Positions 1 to 34,679 of a stretch of DNA of 42,516 bases are shown in pieces. The stretch comes from Hydrurus foetidus (lineage: Eukaryota). The first letter of the stretch is position 1. Each line of letters opens with the position of its first letter. The stretch lies in contig UYFQ01000104.1 of NCBI GenBank assembly GCA_900617105.1, positions 62,001 to 104,516 on the forward strand, given 5' to 3'. The notes under the pieces are model-generated. The model saw nothing but the letters and a program-made list of their open reading frames with translations, had not been told where the DNA came from and made no database searches. The position numbers and the translations under genes are program-made.

Positions 1-24604
<24,604 letters not shown>

Positions 24605-25005
24605 ATTCAAACGATTTCTGATGTTTATTAAGATCTTCTGATGACGATTAAGATTATTTATTGGTGCTGTACGAATACAACAGATTGGGAATTTGTTTAT
24701 TTTGTTCTATTTGTAATTTGATGGAACGCTCTGTTGTGTGATAGTGCTAAACGAAATGTGTGTTGTAGATGGTGTGCTATACTTTTGAGTGATGTGTTGT
24801 GATGTAGTGCGGTGTGTTAGTTAACTTGAGCGTGAATCCGCGTAGTAGCACATGTATCTCTCTTATCACATATGTATGATGAGGAGGAAACAGTTGTTGC
24901 ACAAGTACGGCGAGGCGTTCTGTAGATAGGAGGGAATTCCAATCACTAAGCACCAGAAGTAGTCGAGATGTACGAGAAGAAGTATGGAGATGCGTGAGTC
25001 ACATG

Positions 25006-25399
25006 CGATGCAGTGCAATGCGATGCAATGCAGTGCAATGCGATGCAGTGCAATGTGGTGTAGTGTAGTGTAGTGTAGTGAGGAGCAATAGATGAAATGA
25101 GAGTGAAGAGACGTGGAGAATAGGTAGAGATGTGATGAGGAAAGATGGGAGAACGTATTCACCAGATGTCGTAGTTACCTCATTTGACTTGGATTTCTAG
25201 CAGGCCATTCACTGACGTTTAGTCCGACATATCGTAATTCGAATATTGCCACTCTGCTGATCTACAGCATTTCCTACCTAGCAGTATCATCACCAAAAAC
25301 CAATGACCCACAACAAAAAGCACAGAACATTTTTCTTCCATGTAAATGGAGGTCCACTCCACTCCACTCCACTCCACTCCACTTCCCTTCCCTTCCCTT
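25006..25399. repeat. Intergenic pentamer repeats: (GCAAT/GCAGT)n-(GTAGT)n at 25006-25080 and (CCACT)n-(CTTCC)n at 25354-25399
   Basis: Short tandem pentamers visible directly in the sequence. Confidence 0.8.
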
Positions 25400-26275
25400 G
25401 CAAGCGGGGTGTAAGTGGGTAAGACCCTCTAAATCGAAACTCAAGTCAGTCCAAGTCTATTTCTATTTCTATTTCTATTGTGTATTGCGCGGCATATTGC
25501 TTTCTGCAGAATTATCTTATTTGTAATAAGAAAATTCAAATTAATTTCAAATTTGGTAATTCACTTCAGCAGTTTTTCGTGAAAGCTAAGTTACAGATTT
25601 ACCATGATTTCCATTCTTTACATAATCAGCGATATAGGTCTGTCGCAATCAATCAGAGGGTTTAAAAACCAAGATAGATAAGAAATTGACACTTTTGCCA
25701 TTCGAGTAACAACCACAATGCTGTCACAATGGAAACAATTCTCTCAACCGCTCAGCTCTAAAAAGGTGCTTCTCAATATGCGAAGTGCGGTGTCAGAGGC
25801 ATTTTATTGTAAGGAAATTTTTCGATAACTTATGAAGCTATTCAAACAGACAAAGCGTGAGAAAATGTGAAATCCGATTTTACTGTGCACATCAGACTCC
25901 ACATCCTAACATAGCTACCATCTTCCGAATTTTCATCCATTCGTGAATCTGGCCCATACGTTTACAAATGTTTTTTGTTTTCGGTAACATGCACGCTATT
26001 TTGCTATTTTCTATTGTGTGTATGTTGTGTGTTGTATGTTCACTGTGAAGTAAACGACAAAATTGCGTTATTTTTGTACGTTGTATTCTGTATTCTGTAT
26101 TTGAGCTCGGTGATTGGTGGATGACGGATGACTGATTGATTGATGACTGATGACTGATGAGCAGGAGGGAGTAAATCTCTGACTACTCGTAACTGCACCG
26201 CTAGCTGAAAGCCTTTCGTACGTCCAGTCTCCATTCTATTGAAGCTGGAAATTGCTGCCAAATCAGAAATCAATA

Positions 26276-26566
26276 ATGGCGAAAAATAAGATTAAGACCC
26301 TGGTAATCAAAATGGTTAGTACAGCAGGGACTGGCTTCTTCTATGTTACCAGTAAGAACCCTAGAACAACTGTCAGAAAGCTCTCATTGAGGAAGGTGAG
26401 ATCGACTAACAGAAATTCACTGTGTTGCACCTTCAGATATTTTTTCGAGCCTTATTGCTCATTTCGCGAACAACTTACATTAACTCCCATATGCTGTTTG
26501 ATTTTTTATCAGTACGATCCAATTGTGAGACAGCACGTCATATTCAGCGAGTCCAAGATGAAATAA
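26276..26566 (+). CDS. MRPL33: Ribosomal protein bL33, nuclear-encoded organellar (probably mitochondrial bL33m), 57 aa, 2 exons
   Basis: Exons 26276-26395 and 26513-26566 (GTGAGA..TCAG intron). Product MAKNKIKTLVIKMVSTAGTGFFYVTSKNPRTTVRKLSLRK|YDPIVRQHVIFSESKMK carries the bL33 motifs STAGTGFFY and KYDP..R.HV.F.E. Confidence 0.93.
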   Translation: MAKNKIKTLVIKMVSTAGTGFFYVTSKNPRTTVRKLSLRKVRSTNRNSLCCTFRYFFEPYCSFREQLTLTPICCLIFYQYDPIVRQHVIFSESKMK

Positions 26567-27234
26567 ACGGAGTTTCAGTGCCTCCAAAATATCTCTAATA
26601 TCTGGAAGTGTAGGTCCTCCAGCAGTGTTAATGGATTGTTCAACATGTTATTTTTGTTTAAAACGGTCGGTCAATCTCTGTAAATAATAGCCCACAAAAT
26701 CGACTCGAGCTTTTTTCCACATTTGCAAAATATTCAGTGGCACTGATGGCCGTTAAGCTTACAATAGAGATCGTTGTGTTATGGGCAAAGAACGCGCATT
26801 GTTTTCTAACCTTCGAAACTAGAAAACGCCTGTCTCTAGTATAATACGGTTGAAATCAGCTTCATCGCCCTCCACCATCATTATTTCCGTAAAGCCAGAA
26901 AAAGGTGCTAGAGGGTTGCAAATACGATGATGGATGCCGTACCGTTGAAAAGGCTTACAAAGGTGTCTAATTAGCAACAGAACCACAAAGTATGATCGTA
27001 ATACTGTCCTGAGCAAAATTGAAATCACTGGGACGTAGAGATCAACAAAAAGTTCAAAATTCGTATCCATCGATTCCTTGTCGTGAGGTATATATTTCAA
27101 AGTCAGACTTTTTAATTGTTATCGAGAAAATGAGAGCAAGTATATTGAATTGCCTCACGGTTGTCGTTGCTAGCATGCAAACAACACTTTAGAGGAAATT
27201 CTTAGTTCTAGATATGTACAACAGCGTATGCAGC

Positions 27235-27774
27235 TTAGAAATCAGCTGGATCAGGAACAAGGGTGCTGAAGAAAGTAAAGAGAGGAAGTGAGATAAATGC
27301 TGCCGCGATGATGATTCCGAACACTGCCAAATTTTTATTTGATCCTCCTCCTCCTCCACTGCCATCTTCATTCTCTGAATCCTCATCTACAACAACCATC
27401 TTTGGCTCGATCGACCAAATATTTGATTTTCCGTCCTTCGTGAAAGATTTGAGATATGTAAAGGTCAATATGACTCCATGATATGCTATCATAAAATGGG
27501 CTGTGAAGTCGTAGCACTAGCGACAAATAAATGGAGTCCGAAGTACCTGATCTCTCGAGCGTCCCAATCTGACGATTCTGTTCATATCGAAGAGTTTCGG
27601 GTCTTCTGGCTGGAATTCTGGTTCGAATTTATCTCCCTCTTCAGCCATTGATAGGGACGATAGACTTCTCAAGCTGGCAATTTGATTGAGACTAGGAACA
27701 TTTAGCCTTGAGTTGAGTTTGAATGAAGCAACAGACGCTACAAGAGCGACAAGGAGGAGAGCAAACAGCTGCAT
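27235..27774 (-). CDS. Plastid-targeted small single-pass membrane protein, Psb34/Ssl1498 (HliA N-terminal motif)-like, 142 aa, 2 exons
   Basis: Exons 27774-27547 and 27435-27235 (GTACTT..GAAG intron, phase 0). The signal peptide MQLFALLLVALVASVAS|F is followed by an S/R-rich transit peptide. The motif DQDGKSNIWSIEPKMV precedes the C-terminal TM helix LAVFGIIIAAAFISLPLFTFF. The gene itself is well supported; the family assignment is tentative. Confidence 0.75.
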
Positions 27775-28972
27775 CGTGTTTCGTAGAATTTGGAATCGAG
27801 ATGTTGCGAACAAACGTATCTGTTATTTTGATTGATAGGGAGAACTGATCATTTGACAAGCAAAGGGTGATGATGCAAAGCATTGAAATCGATCCTTTCT
27901 CCTTTCGAAGTTGTTGCCATAATAAAGTACGTACGCGCGCGAAAGCCCCAACTTGAAGATTGATTCGACGTCCTCTTTTTTTTACTTCCGTATTTTGATT
28001 GATTTGAAAGAAGTTGTAATTTTTAGTGCTTTTTCTGTACTTTTCCGCCACATTCAGAAATTTGAAATTTGTTAGGAGCTGTCAATCTTTGAATTTGACT
28101 AGATACGGTGAGGAGAATGCTGGAACAATTTCGCCCTATTTGCACAACTTTATTTCTTCTGATGATATATGCGGAAAAATGATGCCTGCTGTTGAATTTT
28201 CGAAGTAGTGAATGATTAACTTTCGACTGAACAGAGCGAACACGTTGAAAGCACTGTGACCCTAAAAGGTCATGCTGAATTTGAAAATTATTATTAGGAG
28301 AAGCAGATCCGCGATACTCTTTGTAAAATAAATCTGAATATCGGAGAAACTCAAAGTACAGTGAAGATGTCGGATTCGGTATTATTGGCCACACTGTAGG
28401 ACGTAGGATGCATCTGTCTCACACCTATCACAGATTCATAATTCTTTTTCATCAAATATAGCAGGTTGGTGGGTTTCTGGTTGAAAAGAAAGCCCGACTT
28501 CGTTTTTTCTTTTGTATGATTTCGTTTCATCTCTGGCTGCTGAGTCTGACACAAGCGGCCAGCGGCGACTCCCCGCCACTAGTAATGATTGATTCTACGG
28601 CACTAATTCTAGATCGGTTAGGGATCGGATTGATCCAATTATAGCAAGCAGCCCTGCTTGTCCTTACTCCACGGTAATTCAAGTCAAATAAGCGGTATAC
28701 AGATGGTCTCTTTCTCCTCCTCCCTCTCAGTGCCACTTGTTAGTTTATCTAACTTCTTCACATGATCAACCAGTCAATGACATCAGCGATATAAGTATCA
28801 AAATATGATAAGAAATGATAGGAAAGGACATCACCTTTCCGTCTGTGACGGCATTCATGCCCGTTCAATAAGTAAAATCGTACGATCTGACAAGTGGATA
28901 ACATCGGTACTTACAAGAGAGTTGATCACATATAATACTCTCAATTCTGATTCAAAAGGATTCAAGTCATAG

Positions 28973-29322
28973 GGCGTCATAGCATCCGATTACTTATCCA
29001 TTACAAATACAAAGAGGACAACAAACAGGAGAAGTCCCGTAATATGCCCCATGCAAACGGTAGGAGATCGGAGACACTCTCAGAAGATCAATCAGTGGAA
29101 TGTTCTGTCTCATATCTCCCTGAGTGGAAAGATGATAACACGGGCAGCATCATCATGAACTTCAACATGACTGTAGTACATAAATTCTTCCTAACCGTGT
29201 TCGATACAGGAACATATCCATTTATATATGACATGTTCTGACTGGGTAGGCATCAAGTTGCATTGGTTCTGTCACAATACAATAACGCACTGATGCCGTT
29301 GACAGGTCAAATCGCGACAGTT
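28973..29322. repeat. 350-bp segment duplicated in direct orientation at 33585-33934
   Basis: GGC(G/A)TCATAGCATCCGATTAC...AAATCG(C/T)GACAGTT in both copies, with about a dozen substitutions and no indels (offset 4612). Confidence 0.95.
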
Positions 29323-29373
29323 TCAATCTTAATATCCTCGAAGATTTCTAGCAGCACCCATCTATCAGGACTT

Positions 29374-30011
29374 TCACGTTTTATTTAGTGATCTTTTGTA
29401 CAGTTCCCTACTTCTGTGATTGAAAGTGTTTATGTCTGGTCTTCCCAAAGATTCTTCCTGAGCTTTGGACGCTCTATCTGCCGTCATAATGACAGGCTCG
29501 AATTTCAATGGTAAAACCTGCCCAATAATCAGCAATCCTAATGCGCTGAAGCATTCAACTACAATCTGCAAAATTTGTAGTCAGTTTCTGCAGAATAAAT
29601 CACTGTAGTCGAATCAATTACTGGAATCTCTGCAAGATAAACTTACATCAAGAGGTGGATGCGATGATGATCCCAGTCCCGAAACCAAAGACAAAGTCTT
29701 ATCTAGGTGTTTAATGTAAAGTGGCGTAAGAAATCAGCGCGTATCTGATGCTGCAAAAGTCAAAATTGTTTTCTTTTCGTACCACAGTGGGCATTCAAAC
29801 AGACATTCAATCAGTCAAATAAGACATTCTCCACGAATGGCAATCAAGTAGCTAGATTGCATCAGTGTCAGTGATCACCCTAAATTCACGACAAAAAAAT
29901 ATTAAAGTGAAGGTGATCTTACTTACAGTGATTGGCAGAGTACGCCGCGTGAAGTAGAACTATGAGGCCACCGACGAAGATGATATTGCTCATCAACTTC
30001 TGGAAAGACAT
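29374..30011 (-). CDS. EMC5: ER membrane protein complex subunit 5 / membrane magnesium transporter (EMC5/MMGT1), 110 aa, 3 exons
   Basis: Exons 30011-29927, 29702-29647 and 29565-29374, with GTAAGT donors. The product has GLIVLLHAAYSA, PPLD|IVVE and RPDINTFNHRS, matching the MMgT family pattern (LHAAYS...P.DI..E...RP.F..FNHR). An alternative start exists at 29993. Confidence 0.9.
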
Positions 30012-30090
30012 TTTACGGCAGCAGTTTTGATGCAGCCTGTATAAGGGACTAGGCTGTAAATCAGCAGTAGCGGCAGAAGCAGCAGCGTAA

Positions 30091-30282
30091 GGGTCGTATT
30101 CCATCACAAAAAAAAAATACGAAAAATACGACATTTCGAAATACGAGATCCCGAAAACGAAATACGAAGCCCTTCGAATTTCGTCGAAACTCGTTTTGCA
30201 ATTTTTTTTGGGTGGTGAAAAAAATCTCGTATTTCGAAATCTCGTATTTTTCGTATTTTTTTTTTGTGATGGAAGACGACCC
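30091..30282. mobile_element. MITE, PIF/Harbinger (Tourist-like), 192 bp
   Basis: 59-bp terminal inverted repeats (30091-30149 and 30224-30282, 2 mismatches), starting GGGTCGT and ending ACGACCC. TAA flanks both sides (30088-30090 and 30283-30285), the 3-bp TSD typical of PIF/Harbinger. Confidence 0.9.
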
Positions 30283-30834
30283 TAAGATTGCTCTCAGATA
30301 TTGTCGTTTGCATACCGTATGTGCCATCGAGTGCCACATGTTTTGTTTTCCGTTTTCCGCCAAAATCACCATTTCGGCCCTATTTTTGGCAGTTACTGAG
30401 CCAACTGCATTTCAGAGTGGTGTTTGATTCAAAATTGAGAAAGCTGAGGTAATTTCGAGTCTTTCGATTTATGAAGTCATTGTAAGTCATAATGTTTTGA
30501 GGTGACATATGAGTAGATCGCTTAATTAATGAAGAAAAGTAAAAGAGACGACATGCAATGAACCAGCTTGTGAGTAGCTCTTTTTTTAATCGTTTTTTAC
30601 TGCAAAATCTCATTAAAGTGGTAATTCGTATCTGAAAGTAAAAGTAGATACCGATGAAAAAATGACGAATGTTAGAATATTTGAGGTTGATGTTGGATAG
30701 GATCAACGCGACGAATGATAGTCGCATTATCTACAATAAGACATATAAGGGGAAGGTGTTGAATGAAGATCGTTATCGATGCCCAGATAGAGATACATGA
30801 TGGGCGGCTTGTCTATCATTCTATACACCGCAAT

Positions 30835-32545
30835 TCAATTTATTTTGCTATACTGCACTACACTCTTCTCAAACTTAGCTCCGGCATCCTCAATCTCATC
30901 TCCGTCGTCTATGGATTGGGTTCTGGTGCTATTTTGACTCACATCATTACTAAATGCATCAGTCATTTGCGTTTTGACCAGTAGGCTTGTGACACTTTTC
31001 AACTTACTGATTTCACCGGCTAAGTTCTCGCCCACAAACTCTTTCAGACAAGCCTTGGCACGGGCATTGAGCACGCGCTGGTACGGCCGGCAATTATGAG
31101 GGACCTTGAGGGCCACTTCCTGATACGCTTTAATCCGTTCATTTGGCGTAAAGCAATGCAGGCCATAACCTTGCTTCAGAGGATTGTAAATTAAAGCAAT
31201 CGCCTGATTGTCGAACAGATGATGGCATGTTCCTATAGCTCCTTGGGTGCCACACAAAGGAATCAAGTTTCTCGTTGAGCGGGGATTCACGTTGTCCTCC
31301 TCTCCATGCACATTGAGCTGTGAGTAATCATCTCGCCCGCTTGACACCAAATGTGCCATCGAAATTCGACTCGGATCTCCATCAGCTCTGCCACAAAATA
31401 AACAAGAGGTCCTTCCTCCGTTGCAATCTTGATAAGATTTTCTGACTGCAGTCTTCGACGCCTGCAATTCCAATTGATCCTTTGTCGCAGGTTCTTTGCC
31501 GCTAGAACTACTCCGGCTTCCGGGCATATTCCTGCCAAAAAAATATATCCTGGGGTCTTTAATTATCTCCAATAATGCAACAGATACCAGAAGCCCATCA
31601 ATGCGTGGATCTGTAGCCCATATAGATAGGGATAAAAATGAGTTTTGAAGATTTTTGAGGAATTATCAAGGATGTCGGAATTTAGGCGAAGACATAGTAT
31701 CCAAAGTTTGAAGGCCATGAAAGATAAACGCTTTTCGGTCTAGAAAAGGTGAGATGTTGATATGTCATTTTGAAGAATGTTGGCGATATCACCGAATAGC
31801 GAATGCGAGATCATTGCGACATACGGCACCAAATATAATGATCAGTAAAGTGAGAGAGCTTAGATAGATGATATGATAGACCTGTCCGTAGGTGAAATAA
31901 GTCATGGATACAACTTAATTTAGAAAAGCTGAGATGTTGACATGTCATTTCGATGAGCATTAGCGACATCACTGATCGGCGAATGCGGGATCGTTGTGAC
32001 ATTCTGCACCAATACAATGTTCATTACATTCCGTAAACTATACCTGCCGCGGCAGCAACGGGCGCTATAAAGTTGGAAAGGTGAAGTAGAAATCAGTTTG
32101 CAGGGCAAAGCGGGAATAGGCAGGGCTGTGTGACGTAGGCAGGATCAAAACAAGAAGAAGTCAGAAATAAAATAGAGACAGAAAGACGTAGGAATCACAT
32201 CTTGAATGTTAAGTAGGATACTGCTGTGCAGGTGTGAATAAACATTCCCAAACATGCACAATTGGTTGATAAATGGAGTGCTGACAGGGAGACATAAAGA
32301 CATGGGATTCAACGCAGAGAAGGTTCTAAACCAGCACATGGAGGAGACTAACTAAGGCATCGATATTGACCACCGATATGAAAGTAATTACCTGATCCAG
32401 CCAACAGAATATTCTTTTCCTTCTGCTGTTCGGTCAGAATATTTAAATACGCCACGATCAATTCTTTATCCCCAGCAGTTCTGGCCGCAGCCAAGTAAGC
32501 TTCAGTCTCCGCGATTTTTATCCTAATGGCATCCAGTTCACTCAT
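30835..32545 (-). CDS. Crinkler-like protein: short helical N-terminal header plus C-terminal HNH endonuclease, about 316 aa
   Basis: Simplest in-frame model uses exons 32545-32392, 32064-32044 (21-nt microexon APVAAAA) and 31610-30835 (951 nt). The HNH/treble-clef motif is CLFCG...MAHLV...RNLIPLCGTQGAIGTCHHLFD, followed by IALIYNP and PYQRVL. Splicing around 31531-31913 is uncertain. Confidence 0.75.
31741..32020. repeat. Diverged ~100-bp direct repeat (period 180) in an HNH-gene intron
   Basis: 31741 TAGAAAAGGTGAGATGTTGATATGTCATTT...GCGAATGCGAGATC aligns with 31921 TAGAAAAGCTGAGATGTTGACATGTCATTT...GCGAATGCGGGATC. Confidence 0.85.
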
Positions 32546-32616
32546 TTTTTAGGATCGCCCGGGTGCTCTAAGGATGGCTCATATATCGTGGTAATGGAGG
32601 TTCTATTCCTCTGCAC

Positions 32617-32921
32617 TCTTGCCGCTGCCCGGTCGTAAGATACCGTACCTCCCGGTTAAACGTCTAGCCTTTCAAGCAACCCCATATCCGGTCGGATACT
32701 CTTGATAACTGACTGTTAATCAATTTAGGTGAGTTGTCCTACGGGTGGCGTCACACGCGCGCCTGCCAGCACCCTCTCACCCTATCCGCGTAGCCACCGA
32801 CTCAGTCGGCTGCGCTGGCATAGGGTGGACCGTGGACCCAGAGAAGCCCTTCACCCACCGCTACCTAGGGCGCTACTGGTTGACTCGTCGCCGTTCGCTT
32901 TGTTCCCCACTGATCGTATGT
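32617..32921. repeat. 305-bp GC-rich, hairpin-rich interspersed element, copy 1 (may extend to about 33503)
   Basis: Matches 39369-39673 except for 3 C/T differences and contains several stem-loops. Similar GC-rich sequence continues rightward and ends in ...GGGATTGTGACA at about 33503. Confidence 0.9.
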
Positions 32922-33584
32922 CTTTCCGCTGTCGTGCTAAGGTCATATTATCTTGATAATCCTTCACTTGATTCCTTTGCGACGGTATCACCTTACCCTA
33001 AACGCTGTCCTGTACCCATTTAACTTGAAGGCACTTAATACGTCCTGGTCACCCTTGATCGAGTCGTCCACAGCCTCCTTCTCCGCCACCAGTGAACGTC
33101 GCCTTGGTAGTGAACCCACCTTTCGTGATCACACCCTTGGCCGTACCCCTGTCTCGCCTTCCCTACAGGTAGTTCGGCTGGATCGTTTATCGCGCAGCTA
33201 CCACAGCGCTCATTGTTGCGATTTCCTCCTGACGGAGAAGCACCACTGGGCTATCCTAATGCACCAGCACTGGATAAGCAACCAGCGACTTTTCAGGTAG
33301 ACGTGAAGTGTTGCACACTCTCAAATGCGCACCGACGAGACACGCGGTCCTCTTTACCCATCAAGTTTTCTCATTTGTTTCATTTAATTTTATATCATAT
33401 CATTTATCCCTCTTTTTTCTTCTTCTTTTCTTTCTTTTTCTTTCTTTATATAATTTTACTTTGCACTACTTCACTGTTGTCGGTGTGGATCCGGGATTGT
33501 GACATGACTCATTAGTGACGTCGACTTATATCCTCCTCGACATCCTCATTTATGTTGAGGTTGCGCTGACACCCACGACACCCA

Positions 33585-33934
33585 GGCATCATAGCATCCG
33601 ATTACTTATCCATTACAAATACAAAGAGGACAACAAACAGGAGAAGTCCCGTAATATGCCCCATGCAAACGGTCGGAGATAGGAGACACTCTCAGAAGAT
33701 CAATCAGTGGAATGTTCTGTCTCATATCTCCCTGAGAGGAAAGATAATAATACGGGCAGCATCATCATAATCTTCAACATGACTGTAGTACATAAATTCT
33801 TCCTAACCGTGTTCGATACAGGAACATATCCATTTATATATGACATGTTCTGACTGGGTAGGCATCAAGTTGCATTGGTTCTGTCACAATACAATAACGC
33901 ACTGATGCCATTGACAGGTTAAATCGTGACAGTT
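33585..33934. repeat. Duplicate of 28973-29322
   Basis: Direct alignment gives about 96-97% identity by hand count. Confidence 0.95.
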
Positions 33935-34006
33935 GTGGTAGTTCCGGGTCCAAGGTCCCGATCCTACCGGATAGTACTACGGTACACTACTCACCGTACA
34001 CTACAG

Positions 34007-34117
34007 TGCAATCTTGATAAGATTTTCTGACTGCAATCTTCGACGCCTGCAATTCCAATTGATCCTTTGTCGCAGGTTCTTTGCCGCTAAAACTACTCCG
34101 GCTTCCGGGCATATTCC
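34007..34117 (-). pseudogene. 111-bp duplicated fragment of the HNH gene (31422-31532), abutting CCCTAACCCTAACC
   Basis: TGCAATCTTGATAAG...GGGCATATTCC, with 2 substitutions relative to the source. Confidence 0.9.
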
Positions 34118-34679
34118 CTAACCCTAACCTCTATCGCATCGCCTGCTCCAATGCTGACCCCTCCGTGGAGACGGCCAGTCATCGCGCATTATTCCTGAAA
34201 TGTCGATGTTGGTGCAGGTTTGTCCCTACCCTCTTACATGATTATGGTAGGGGCGTCGCACTCTAGTGCTTGCGCCCGTACCAGTGCTATAGTCGCGTGG
34301 TTTACCGACACCTACAGAATACCACGCGATATAGCACACATACATACTATGCACCGAGCTTGCTACCGTCAACGTGACGGCAGGACTATTACTCATATTA
34401 GTAGTCAGGCCTTTTCTACGGTTACACACAGGTGCCGCAGACAATACAAGGTGCTATGACATAAGTGCAATCAGAGGCTTGTCACAAGTGCATAGACTGC
34501 ATTAATACATTACAGGGCTGTTTCTTGTAAACATGTAACCAACCGTCGCAGCATGTACTGGGCCAACGCTGTTTCTGTAGCCACACGGCTACAGACAGCA
34601 CATACCTGACGCGCACGGCTGTACATCACACATGTACAGACAGTCACACCCATAAATAACACACCAAACAACACTACGG

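Noticed and set aside
26154..26210. CTGATGA...GAAA, a possible hammerhead ribozyme or C/D snoRNA
   Set aside because: No stem II or flanking stems could be built, and CTGATGA is part of a short (GATGACT)n repeat.
26819..27100. 93-aa minus-strand ORF
   Set aside because: It has a TTG start and no motifs, and I could not build a consistent exon chain.
28023..28736. Cluster of short minus-strand ORFs
   Set aside because: No recognisable domain or coherent splice model. It could be a decayed gene, but that is unsupported.
32729..33515. Short + strand ORFs in the GC-rich element (also 39481-39681)
   Set aside because: They have non-ATG starts, overlap in several frames and show no recognisable motifs.
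34246..34291. GC-rich hairpin as a Helitron 3' end
   Set aside because: It is not followed by a clear CTRR terminus, and no matching A|TC 5' end was identified.
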